A stretch of DNA of 42,825 nucleotides, from IMG/VR virus record IMGVR_UViG_3300020044_008413, positions 1 through 42,825 of that record. The stretch is one strand, 5' to 3'. The position numbers were made by a program, and so were the translations under genes. Positions 26,497 to 34,625 of the stretch are shown piece after piece (the first letter of the stretch is position 1; each line of letters starts with the position of its first letter). The notes below the pieces were generated by a model, which was given only the letters and a program-made list of their open reading frames with translations, had not been told where the DNA came from and searched no databases. Source of the DNA: a virus (Duplodnaviria; Caudoviricetes).

Positions 26497-26914
26497 TAAA
26501 TGCACATACTCGCTTGCGTGGATTGGGCCTTGTGGAAAGGATTGCCACGGCAGATTTTGCAAAAAGCATAGCGCGGAACGGTGTGTTTCTTGTGGCGATC
26601 AAGCGACGGGCGAATGCCCTTCGGCGGGTAGCCTTGTTTGTGGCGCACCGCTTTGCAACAATTGCGCACACGATGCAAGCGGTCACCGTAGAGTTGTACT
26701 TACCCAAAACCCCGTCTACACGTCAACCGATACGCATCAAGTCGAATTCAGGGGCAAAGGCGGCATCTATGGCAGTTCGGCGATGGTTGTTCCAAAGGAT
26801 GAACCCGACCACCAACCCGCATTTATGGCCATCGCCCCCGACGACTTAGCCGAACTTCAACGCAAGGCGGCACTATTGGATAGGATTGTTGAACTTTTAA
26901 CACCAAGGAAATGA
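26489..26914 (+). CDS. Cys-rich zinc-binding protein
   Basis: Ten Cys in the first 60 aa; ATG 26489 with GAGGT upstream. Confidence 0.65.
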   Translation: MADKCTYSLAWIGPCGKDCHGRFCKKHSAERCVSCGDQATGECPSAGSLVCGAPLCNNCAHDASGHRRVVLTQNPVYTSTDTHQVEFRGKGGIYGSSAMVVPKDEPDHQPAFMAIAPDDLAELQRKAALLDRIVELLTPRK

Positions 26915-27063
26915 AAAAGATGAGAAAAATCATCGTCAAGGATGACTTGACGGTGAACCCGCCAAAATCGGGCAAGAAACTCAAGACGCGCCCGCCACTT
27001 TCATCGGCTTGGATTTTGCGAAATGGCGTGTTCGGTTCGGATCTCAAATCACAAAGGCCATGA
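26911..27063 (+). CDS. Small basic protein (50 aa)
   Basis: Manual translation; ATGA overlaps on both sides. Confidence 0.45.
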   Translation: MKKMRKIIVKDDLTVNPPKSGKKLKTRPPLSSAWILRNGVFGSDLKSQRP

Positions 27064-27509
27064 GCTACAATTGGACAAGCGCAGCAACCCCGCAAGGTCG
27101 GGAGAGGCTGAAAGAGCTTTTGGATACTGGAAAAGGCGTGATAGTTTCGACGTGGCCGATGAATTTGCATGTAATCACGCTAAATGAAGGCAAATACGAC
27201 ATTCTTGATCGCGGTGCGTTTGATTCGTTTGATGCCATGATTGATAGCCTCAGGGGGCCACAATTCCTCGACCCGTCACCGTCGCCCGAACCCGTGGCCG
27301 ATGAAAACGGGTTGCTGCCTTGCCCATTTTGTGGGGGGAAGGCAATAACTGAGTTTTTGGCAGTTGAGGGGGCATCGGAAAAGATTCATAGTGCATTCTG
27401 TGACGATGATGATTGTATTGGTTCGCATTGTATGTGGGCTGACATGCCAAGTAAAGAGGGCGCAATCGCCGCATGGAACCGCCGCTCAGGAAAGGAGGCA
27501 AACCGATGA
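27060..27509 (+). CDS. Protein with C-terminal Lar-like (restriction alleviation) zinc domain
   Basis: LLPCPFCGG...C....C...AIAAWNRR. Confidence 0.75.
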   Translation: MSYNWTSAATPQGRERLKELLDTGKGVIVSTWPMNLHVITLNEGKYDILDRGAFDSFDAMIDSLRGPQFLDPSPSPEPVADENGLLPCPFCGGKAITEFLAVEGASEKIHSAFCDDDDCIGSHCMWADMPSKEGAIAAWNRRSGKEANR

Positions 27510-27643
27510 AACTATCCCAAAGAGTCACCAAACGTCCGAACGGTGCAAAGCGAACTGTCACCCCTTGGCGATGGTTGGAGCGGCCTAGCGAGGCGGCAAA
27601 GGTTAGGAATTTCACGTATTTTACCGATAATTCGAAGTTATGA
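27506..27643 (+). CDS. Small basic protein (45 aa)
   Basis: Manual translation; ATGA overlaps on both sides, GGAGG upstream. Confidence 0.4.
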   Translation: MKLSQRVTKRPNGAKRTVTPWRWLERPSEAAKVRNFTYFTDNSKL

Positions 27644-28011
27644 ACATCAAAGAAACGGCAGTTGCAGCCTATCGAAATGCAAAAAACAAGGGCTTTTATG
27701 ATCCCGCTCCGTCTATCGAATCGCGTTTGCTGCTGATTCATTCGGAGGTTTCCGAGGCTTGCGAGGCAATCCGCAAAAACCACTACACGCCGCGCGGTGA
27801 CGTGGATTCGGTTTTGTCGATCACTGATCCCGAGACGTTCAAAAAGCTGTTTGAGGTTTCCGTCAAAAACTCATTTGAAGACGAGATTGCCGACACGGTT
27901 ATCCGTTGCCTTGACTTGTGCGAGGGAATGGGCATCGATTTGGAAGCGCATATCGCCGCCAAAATGCGCTATAATGCAATGCGTCCGCACAAACACGGGA
28001 AAGCGTTTTGA
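27640..28011 (+). CDS. MazG-like NTP pyrophosphohydrolase
   Basis: HSEVSEACEA and EDEIADTVIR acidic motifs; MRYNAMRPHKHGK tail. Confidence 0.85.
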   Translation: MNIKETAVAAYRNAKNKGFYDPAPSIESRLLLIHSEVSEACEAIRKNHYTPRGDVDSVLSITDPETFKKLFEVSVKNSFEDEIADTVIRCLDLCEGMGIDLEAHIAAKMRYNAMRPHKHGKAF

Positions 28012-28136
28012 AGCCATACCTCGGATTCATCAAACTTGGATCCGCCGCCGCGATCATCTTCGCCGCCGTGGTCAATGATGCTACGTTTGTGGCTTACGTT
28101 CCTGCTGTTTTGCTTGTGTTTTGGTCATTCGATTGA
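28008..28136 (+). CDS. Possible small membrane protein (42 aa)
   Basis: TTG start overlapping the MazG stop; strongly hydrophobic. Confidence 0.3.
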   Translation: MKPYLGFIKLGSAAAIIFAAVVNDATFVAYVPAVLLVFWSFD

Positions 28137-28185
28137 TTCTGTATACTCATTTCATCACAGCGGCTCCGATTGGGGCCGTTTGTGT

Positions 28186-29901
28186 TTACCAAAGCCGCTC
28201 CCGATCCAACTGAGCCACGCAAAGCCGAAACGGTGCGCCCTCGTATTGCTGAATTGGAACCAAATCGAACGAGCAAGGCCCGCCGATTTCGATGGATGCG
28301 GAAATGATCTCGCAAATCAAACTGATTGCGGGCTGTCGGTCACTCACAACCCGTACCACGTCGCCGCAAAGCATCGGTAAACCCATTTGTGGCGTCGTCT
28401 GGATTGTGATTTTCTGCTGCCTTGTGTGATACCGTCGCACGTAGGTTTCCATGAGCCACGACGCTCTAAAACGGCTTGCACCTGCTTTCAGATACGGGGC
28501 CGACACTACCTGCTCATTCACTTCATCGGTTGGCGACACGCGCAAATCGTGGGTGGCCGTGGCCGCGAATGATCCTTTATCTTCGCCGTATTGCAAAGTG
28601 AGGAAATTCCATTGTGGCCCGCCTTGGATTTTCAAGCCGCCGGATAGTATCGCATTGTCGCCTGTCAAATCCCAAATTTGCCGACCATCGAAGAAGGGAG
28701 TCGTGATCGAGATTAGCCCGTCTTGACGCATTTGCAGGAAACAACCAACGTGATCTAAGGCTTTTTGAGCGAGTTGCAGGCAATTGAGGGGCATGTTGCC
28801 GCCGCCTCGTTTTTGTTCCCATACGCTGTTATTTTCGTTCGTTTCTGATAGGAATATCGTGTAGCTGTGGAAGCGGTTTTCTGCTGCGTTCCAGGCTGCG
28901 GTGTCCATCTTCACCTGCATCGTTTGAGCGGGCGCAATTCCCCAATTGTTCAGCAATGCCTTTTCGATGAAGTTCCTAGCGATGGTGATCGGGTTGCCCT
29001 TGTACGCTGCTCCGACGTGGAATGTGATCTTTTGGCCCGCTGTATAGGCTGTCGATGTCCACGACGATTGCAGCAGGTCAATGAATGGCGTGATTGCATC
29101 GGCGTTGATTGAGCCGTTGTAAACGCTGTTATCAGGATACAGGATTGTATAATTTGTCGAATCCCTGAAAGTGATTGTGTACAAACCCAACTTAGCGCGG
29201 TTCTTTACGGTGATCGAAGTTAAGTCCCCCGCCGTGCTGTCGCTGTTTTCGTACCTGAGCGCGGTATCGCCTCGTGAATCGAAACGAACCACGCCATTAT
29301 ATACGCAAAAGTGACCACCTGCGAGGGTGTTCACCGTGCGGTGTGACGCATTGAGCAAACCGTTTACCACGGCTATCGCTTGCGTCCCTGCGATGTTGCC
29401 AAAGTCTTCGTATAGTGCGGGTTGGCGGATCGCGTCCCAAATGGTGTCCACGATCGTGAACGTTGATAAGCCTAACTCCTCGGTAGGTGGGCCAATTATC
29501 CGACCTTTGAACACGGTCACGGGTTGGGTAACGCCTGCAATGACTGCCTGAATTTCAATCACGCCCTGATCGATGTCAGCAAGCCGGATCATTGCGCCGC
29601 TTTGCAGGGCTGCGATATATCCGTCGGTGTTGATGATCGGAATTTGTAGCTCGGATCGCTCAAACGGATCGCCATCGGGAAAGATTGGCCGCGACGTGTC
29701 CACCTTCAATGATCCCGATAGTCGCGTGGTTAGGTCTGATTGGAATCGGGTGTAGGTATTTGCAAACGTGGGAACGCCGCCCGTGAAGCTCACAACGTCC
29801 CGATAGGTCGCGGTCATCAGTACGCGAATGGTGATTGGTGGCGCGACTTCTTGTGCGAGTGCGTCGCGTTGCTGTGTTGGGAGTGCGTAGACGTGTGGCA
29901 T
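28186..29901 (-). CDS. Putative tail hub / tail-tip protein
   Basis: 571 aa; VFKGRI, CFLQMRQDGLISI and MLCGDVVRV are typical of hub/Tal-like proteins. Confidence 0.65.
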   Translation of the reverse strand: MPHVYALPTQQRDALAQEVAPPITIRVLMTATYRDVVSFTGGVPTFANTYTRFQSDLTTRLSGSLKVDTSRPIFPDGDPFERSELQIPIINTDGYIAALQSGAMIRLADIDQGVIEIQAVIAGVTQPVTVFKGRIIGPPTEELGLSTFTIVDTIWDAIRQPALYEDFGNIAGTQAIAVVNGLLNASHRTVNTLAGGHFCVYNGVVRFDSRGDTALRYENSDSTAGDLTSITVKNRAKLGLYTITFRDSTNYTILYPDNSVYNGSINADAITPFIDLLQSSWTSTAYTAGQKITFHVGAAYKGNPITIARNFIEKALLNNWGIAPAQTMQVKMDTAAWNAAENRFHSYTIFLSETNENNSVWEQKRGGGNMPLNCLQLAQKALDHVGCFLQMRQDGLISITTPFFDGRQIWDLTGDNAILSGGLKIQGGPQWNFLTLQYGEDKGSFAATATHDLRVSPTDEVNEQVVSAPYLKAGASRFRASWLMETYVRRYHTRQQKITIQTTPQMGLPMLCGDVVRVVSDRQPAISLICEIISASIEIGGPCSFDLVPIQQYEGAPFRLCVAQLDRERLW

Positions 29902-29933
29902 GGTTGCAAAGTACGGAATTGTACGGCAAACAG

Positions 29934-29959
29934 AAAACCCGCCAAAGTAGCGGGCTTTC
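29934..29959 (-). terminator. Intrinsic terminator
   Basis: GAAAGCCCGC...GCGGGTTTTC on the minus strand. Confidence 0.6.
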
Positions 29960-29982
29960 CGACGTTATGAAGAAACAGAAAC

Positions 29983-30318
29983 CTACAAACTACGCGTTTT
30001 GAGTTCGCTTTCGATCAGTTGCCATTCCCTTGCGTCGATCTTTTTGAAGTAGTCGCCGACAACGGTAATAAATCCTGCTGCCTTTGGCCTGATCGTGTGC
30101 GAAGGGTTGGCGTTGTTCACCATGTCGTAAATGTTGCGCCACTTTCGGTCAAAGTCGCCAATAATAGCGGCAATTGCTGGAACAAATTGGGCGTTCCTTG
30201 CCTTGACCATTGCCACAAATTCACCAAAAACGCCCTTCATCGTTTCGATAACTGCCTTGTCTGCATCTTCATTGTTTGGCGCCTCAATGATGCGCTGTGC
30301 GTATTCCTTTGCTTTCAT
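29983..30318 (-). CDS. Hypothetical protein
   Basis: 111 aa ORF. Confidence 0.7.
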   Translation of the reverse strand: MKAKEYAQRIIEAPNNEDADKAVIETMKGVFGEFVAMVKARNAQFVPAIAAIIGDFDRKWRNIYDMVNNANPSHTIRPKAAGFITVVGDYFKKIDAREWQLIESELKTRSL

Positions 30319-30335
30319 TGTCTTGTGTTAAAATC

Positions 30336-30355
30336 GCCGCCCGCAGATGGGCGGC
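30336..30355 (-). promoter_or_regulatory. Hairpin with ATCTGC loop
   Basis: GCCGCCC-ATCTGC-GGGCGGC on the minus strand, just after the DUF4494 stop. Confidence 0.55.
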
Positions 30356-30370
30356 TTATTCAAAATCCAA

Positions 30371-31303
30371 CTATTTCAACAGATTGGAAACCAAAACCGC
30401 ATCGCCCAAAGACAACCCGTGTTCAATCTCCATGAACTCGCTGAATTCAACCATTCCGCAAGCCTCGTGCATTTCCTCAATTTCCTCCAATTGTTCATCA
30501 GATACGGTAAGGCCAAAGGATTCAAGCAACAGGCGCAAGGGATCAGCAACAAACGCCACCGCTTGCCCATCTGTCGGGTCAATCAATCCCGCTTTGGGGT
30601 TGGTGATGTACTCGGTTGGTGTTTTCGTGTAGTGAGCCTCCACCGAATCGCCTTCAAAGGCGCAGTCAACGTCCGCCTCGTCACCGTCAATAAATGCGTC
30701 CCATTGTTCATCAGTTGCATCCACGGCAAATTGCATCGGCACTTCGTGGCCGTTGCGGTTTATCATCGTTCCTGTCACGCCGTGAAAAATACCGCCCGAA
30801 CTCTTGAGCATTTGAACGCGTTTGTCGGTCTTGTCCATCACTTGTTGGCGGTCACGCTTTACGTATCCGGCGGGTGCTTGCTTCTCGTATTGGTATATAT
30901 CCACAATCTTGGTTTCCTCCACCTTTGGAATCTCGAAAGGTACGATCATTTCCTTGAGGTGTTCGCAGCATCGGTCGTATGCCTCCTTGGTGTCTTTGGC
31001 GTTTACGAGAATGTAGGTGGTGATTTTGGACTCCTTTTCGGAATCTTCATCCATCAGGCTGTACGTAACCTTGCACTTGCACCAAAGGTCCGTATCTCCG
31101 TAGAAAACCACCTCTTTGATAGGCGACTTTGCGACCTTGTTAACGGTGAATTCGCGGGCATCGCTTGAAGCCTCCGCAATTGCGCGGGCCTCAGCTTCGC
31201 CGAACGATACGGCATCTATCAAATATTCTTCGTTGGTTTTCTTAATCAAACCATTTTCGGCTTGGCGCAAGAATGACGCTGTGAGGGAAAAATAGGTGCT
31301 CAT
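30371..31303 (-). CDS. DUF4494-family protein with acidic C-terminal extension
   Basis: ENGLIKKTNEEYLIDAVSFGEAEAR, WCKCKV, ETKIVDIY match the Bacteroidota DUF4494 pattern; ATG 31303. Confidence 0.8.
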   Translation of the reverse strand: MSTYFSLTASFLRQAENGLIKKTNEEYLIDAVSFGEAEARAIAEASSDAREFTVNKVAKSPIKEVVFYGDTDLWCKCKVTYSLMDEDSEKESKITTYILVNAKDTKEAYDRCCEHLKEMIVPFEIPKVEETKIVDIYQYEKQAPAGYVKRDRQQVMDKTDKRVQMLKSSGGIFHGVTGTMINRNGHEVPMQFAVDATDEQWDAFIDGDEADVDCAFEGDSVEAHYTKTPTEYITNPKAGLIDPTDGQAVAFVADPLRLLLESFGLTVSDEQLEEIEEMHEACGMVEFSEFMEIEHGLSLGDAVLVSNLLK

Positions 31304-31382
31304 TGGATTTTGAATTTTGGTGAAAAATGGGGCCAATTCTGCCCCCGTTGGTAAATGTAAGGATGAAAGAACGCTGATAAGT

Positions 31383-31456
31383 TGGTGGAGCGTACGCGAT
31401 TCGAACGCGCTTTGACCTCGGTAATAGAGGTGGACTTTCCCATGCCCTAACGCCCC
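31383..31456 (-). tRNA. Atypical tRNA / tRNA-like RNA with Ala-type acceptor and UAUUACC anticodon loop
   Basis: GGGGCGT/ACGCTCC acceptor plus ACCA; D-arm GGGC/GTCC; ACCTC/GAGGT stem; T-arm GCGCG-TTCGAAT-CGCGT. Confidence 0.75.
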
Positions 31457-31460
31457 AATT

Positions 31461-31800
31461 TGGCTGTCTTTCCAGCCTGTCAAACTTCTAGCGCGTGCGA
31501 GACGTTACCTCGCTCCCTGATTCCGCAGCACCCCGTTCTCAGTGTGCAATTATAGTCCACCGCATGCGGCGACGTTGGGTACTTCTTTAGCCCGTGGGCC
31601 TATTTCTGTGGATGACTATACCCCATCTTTGCAGGATAAACCTTTTGGCTTTCACCATCCACATCGATTCTTTGGGGCTAGACCAATTACCTGCATGGGA
31701 TAAAAGGCTCAGTTGGCATCTGTTTTAACGGGTTTCCCGCCTTTTTCTCCCTAGTGCCATTTCGTTAGCGTCTAATTCCGCCAACCCCATCGAATCATAT
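31461..31800 (-). ncRNA. Candidate large structured RNA
   Basis: No long ORF seen; many helices (AAAAGGC/GCCTTTT, GCAGG/CCTGC, TGGT-GAAA-GCCA, TATAGTC/GACTATA, GCGAG/CTCGC, GGCTG-GAAAGA-CAGCC). Confidence 0.45.
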
Positions 31801-31804
31801 TTTA

Positions 31805-31874
31805 GCTTTGAAGGGGCATCGGCCAGCCATCCAGCTTCGGCATCGGGAATCGAACCCTTTAGCCCCTTCAAAGC
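31805..31874 (-). ncRNA. T-loop-containing hairpin RNA closed by a 13-bp stem
   Basis: GCTTTGAAGGGGC/GCCCCTTCAAAGC enclosing GGG-TTCGATT-CCC. Confidence 0.55.
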
Positions 31875-31881
31875 AATCATC

Positions 31882-31945
31882 ATGTCAAAGAAACCCAACC
31901 GCGCCGCCTCGTTCCGTTTGCGCCGTTGGAATTATGACAAAGATA
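31882..31945 (-). promoter_or_regulatory. Promoter, hairpin and boxA-like site
   Basis: TATCTTTG 31945-31938; CCAAC.GCGC...GCGC.GTTGG hairpin; TTCTTTGACAT 31892-31882. Confidence 0.6.
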
Positions 31946-31987
31946 CAACTAATTCTGTAATGTCAACACTTTTGCAAAAAATATTTT

Positions 31988-32545
31988 TTACCGATACAAA
32001 GACAGCGAAAAACTCAGTATTCCATCCCAATATCGGTTTCCTTGGTTGGTGGCGTTAGTTCCTGCATTGCCTTTCTGTGATCGAACTGTAAGCAATGCGG
32101 TTTCCATTTGCCCGCTTGTCACCACGTTTGGCCCGACAAGTAAGCCCGATGTAAGGTCGAATCTTTCGCCCGTTGTGGATGCTGCGAATAGTGCTTGATT
32201 GCCTAGATAGATACTCACCTGCTGCGTAGCGTTGAAGCAATTGTAATGCGTTTTGATCGAGAATCTGGTCATCCCGTGAGGGATTTGCACGATGATTGCA
32301 AGTGGTGTTTGGTCGGTATGTGCAAAGTTGTTGCCCCAATCGCCGACTAGTGGCCGAACACTACCACCGATGCACGATCCCGATGCTGCTGCGATTTCGT
32401 GACCCGCTTCGTCAATGCCTCGGATTTGGTTCACGAGGTCGTTGAAGCTTGACGGGTTGGCATTTGTTGCGCTGTTCCAATCTTGCCCCATTGCAGGGGC
32501 TGTGAGTGTTGGGATTAGCCTAGTGAGTGATCGGGTGTGGGCCAT
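31988..32545 (-). CDS. Putative tail-tip / receptor-binding structural protein
   Basis: 185 aa; N-terminal helix plus beta-sandwich pattern; third gene of a trio. Confidence 0.55.
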   Translation of the reverse strand: MAHTRSLTRLIPTLTAPAMGQDWNSATNANPSSFNDLVNQIRGIDEAGHEIAAASGSCIGGSVRPLVGDWGNNFAHTDQTPLAIIVQIPHGMTRFSIKTHYNCFNATQQVSIYLGNQALFAASTTGERFDLTSGLLVGPNVVTSGQMETALLTVRSQKGNAGTNATNQGNRYWDGILSFSLSLYR

Positions 32546-33306
32546 TACTTGTGAAGGTAAATTTGAAAATCAACGATTCCGTCACAAAATAGATCAATCC
32601 CCGTTGACGGATGCGGAGCGGGTGCGATGGTGCATATCCCGCCCGTGGTTGCAGTGCCGCCCCATGGTAGGGTATTGGGAGCCATTGGGTAATTTAGGCC
32701 AAATTGGATATAGCCGACGTTTTCGGCATTGTTTACGAACAATGCGGGATTAATCGTTCCCGTGATAACGACGGTTTTGAAAATGTCCGTACCTGCAATT
32801 GGCCCCCATTCCAAATCTACGCCCGTGGGAACGTAGCCAAAGCCCAAATAAGAATTGATAAAGTACACGTAATCCTTGAAAAACCGATTTACAAGGCCGT
32901 AACTCGGAATTCCAGCCGCATTATACGCTCCTATTCCGACCTCCCACCAAGACGACTGACCGCCCGGCCCTGTCACGCCATCCACCGTAAATTCGTCACT
33001 CCCTTGCAGCCTTGCCGTAGCGACAATCGTGTAACGTGGTAATGACGGGTGCAGCGAGATTGCCGCTTTGACAAAGTTGAACGGCGGAAAAATAAGCATA
33101 CCGTCGGAGTTGCCTAACACAGGATGCTCACGCATAATGCCGCCCTCGTTTTGTAGGCGCATTTGGCCCGTCTGTGATGGCTTGCCGAACTCGATGACAT
33201 GCAGGGCCGAATCAATCGCCTCTTGCACGTCTGCGATCCCTGCAATGTCGTTACATACAAAGGCGTGCCCTGCGTATGGATATGCGGATATGGTTCGTGT
33301 TAGCAT
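32545..33306 (-). CDS. Putative tail-tip / receptor-binding structural protein
   Basis: 253 aa, Gly/aromatic rich, TAATG overlap. Confidence 0.55.
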   Translation of the reverse strand: MLTRTISAYPYAGHAFVCNDIAGIADVQEAIDSALHVIEFGKPSQTGQMRLQNEGGIMREHPVLGNSDGMLIFPPFNFVKAAISLHPSLPRYTIVATARLQGSDEFTVDGVTGPGGQSSWWEVGIGAYNAAGIPSYGLVNRFFKDYVYFINSYLGFGYVPTGVDLEWGPIAGTDIFKTVVITGTINPALFVNNAENVGYIQFGLNYPMAPNTLPWGGTATTGGICTIAPAPHPSTGIDLFCDGIVDFQIYLHK

Positions 33307-33896
33307 TGGTCGTCTTTATAGGCTGACATGCAAAGATAGTAGAAGCCAAACCCCGCGCCCGTGACCGTGTTAATGGTAGTCCCTATGGGTAAATCTGCAC
33401 CCGTGGTTGTCTTGAGTTGCAATCCCATCGAAAAGGCCATCTGCTGAACTTGCCCCGAATTTGGCGGAATGGGGATTTCACCGTCTGCGTAGATCGTTTC
33501 GGCGTTGTTCACTCCGTAGTCCCTCGAAAATATCTCATAGTACGCTTCGCGGTAGCGGAATCCTGCCGTTGAGTTCGGAACCCTGACGACGTTGCCCGCG
33601 CTGAGCGCGTTGGGAATATGGATGCCCATCGCTAGCGAAAATCTGTTGTAGCCGCTCGGAACCTGAAACACAACGGCCATTTCTCGCGGCCCTTGGTAGG
33701 TGTGAATGCCTGCATTGCCCATCCCGAACAATGGCAACGTGCCGCCCCTGACGTTGTTCCCGACTGCACACAGAACAACCTTTCCCCGTTGGTGAAGGTG
33801 TGTCATCGCGTCTTCGATTCCCTGAAATGCCGTAGCCGTGACCACTGTTGAGGCGGTCGTGAGGGTGTAGGGTATCGCTGGGCGTAGTGCGGGCAT
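33300..33896 (-). CDS. Putative tail-tip / receptor-binding structural protein
   Basis: ATG 33896, 4 nt after TATCTTCG; VFQVPSGYNRFSL resembles IVQIPHGMTRFSI of 31988-32545. Confidence 0.55.
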   Translation of the reverse strand: MPALRPAIPYTLTTASTVVTATAFQGIEDAMTHLHQRGKVVLCAVGNNVRGGTLPLFGMGNAGIHTYQGPREMAVVFQVPSGYNRFSLAMGIHIPNALSAGNVVRVPNSTAGFRYREAYYEIFSRDYGVNNAETIYADGEIPIPPNSGQVQQMAFSMGLQLKTTTGADLPIGTTINTVTGAGFGFYYLCMSAYKDDQC

Positions 33897-33922
33897 GGTG
33901 CGAAGATACAAAAAACGGCAAA

Positions 33923-33950
33923 GAAAAACCCGCCTTTGTGGGGCGGGTTG
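33923..33950 (-). terminator. Intrinsic terminator
   Basis: AACCCGCC...GGCGGGTT followed by a T-run on the minus strand. Confidence 0.65.
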
Positions 33951-33964
33951 TGGGGGTGGTGTGG

Positions 33965-34135
33965 TTAATCTATTCGCTTTGACCAATCGCGCGCAACTGT
34001 TGTTACGCCTTTGTGGTTTTCGCGTCGCTTCCAAGCATTTGCAAACTTCGTGGCGGTTACCTGATTGATCGCCTTCAATTCGCAGGTGGCGATTAGTTCG
34101 CCGTTGTTTTCGATTTTGACGTTGTATGTTCTCAT
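33965..34135 (-). CDS. Small hypothetical protein (56 aa, MRTYNVKIENNGELIATC...)
   Basis: Manual translation; followed by terminator. Confidence 0.6.
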   Translation of the reverse strand: MRTYNVKIENNGELIATCELKAINQVTATKFANAWKRRENHKGVTTVARDWSKRID

Positions 34136-34162
34136 AATGATGTTGATTTTTGGGGTGGTGAA

Positions 34163-34486
34163 TTACTTGATGATGTTGTAGAGTTCTTTGCGGGCTTGGC
34201 GTTGGTCTTCGATCATTTGATCGCTTGCACCTGATGCCTGATGTCCACGCTCGAACTTAACCACATAGGCCATTTTGGTAATGTAGCCTTCAATGCCGCC
34301 ATCAAAGCTAAGCACCTGTGTTTCGTGGTATTTTGCGAAGTTGTCAGGATTTACCATTTCGGTCATTACCAACTTCAAGAAATCAGAAGACGAAAGAATT
34401 GTGTTGAATCGCTCTTTTTCAACAAGCTCCAAGCTGTATTCGCGATCTTCGTTGAACTTTGCGATGATGATGTTTTTCGTATCCAT
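34163..34486 (-). CDS. Hypothetical protein
   Basis: 107 aa; TAACTTTG promoter upstream. Confidence 0.7.
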   Translation of the reverse strand: MDTKNIIIAKFNEDREYSLELVEKERFNTILSSSDFLKLVMTEMVNPDNFAKYHETQVLSFDGGIEGYITKMAYVVKFERGHQASGASDQMIEDQRQARKELYNIIK

Positions 34487-34625
34487 TTTCTTTAGCGTTT
34501 AAGTACATGACAAAGTTAACGCTATTTTTGATACAAACAACACCAAACCAAAAAAAAGTGAATTATTTTTCAAAAAAAACGGCGCATCCTTGCAAGATGC
34601 GCCGCCGTGCTGGTCGTAGTGAGTT

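Noticed and set aside
31304-31483. N-terminal extension of the DUF4494 ORF to 31483
   Set aside because: It overlaps the tRNA-like gene; DUF4494 similarity starts at ATG 31303
31383-31800. Full tmRNA
   Set aside because: The Ala-type acceptor closes within 74 nt and I found no tag reading frame; only the acceptor identity is tmRNA-like
31988-33896. Diversity-generating retroelement target
   Set aside because: No reverse transcriptase and no template/variable repeat pair seen
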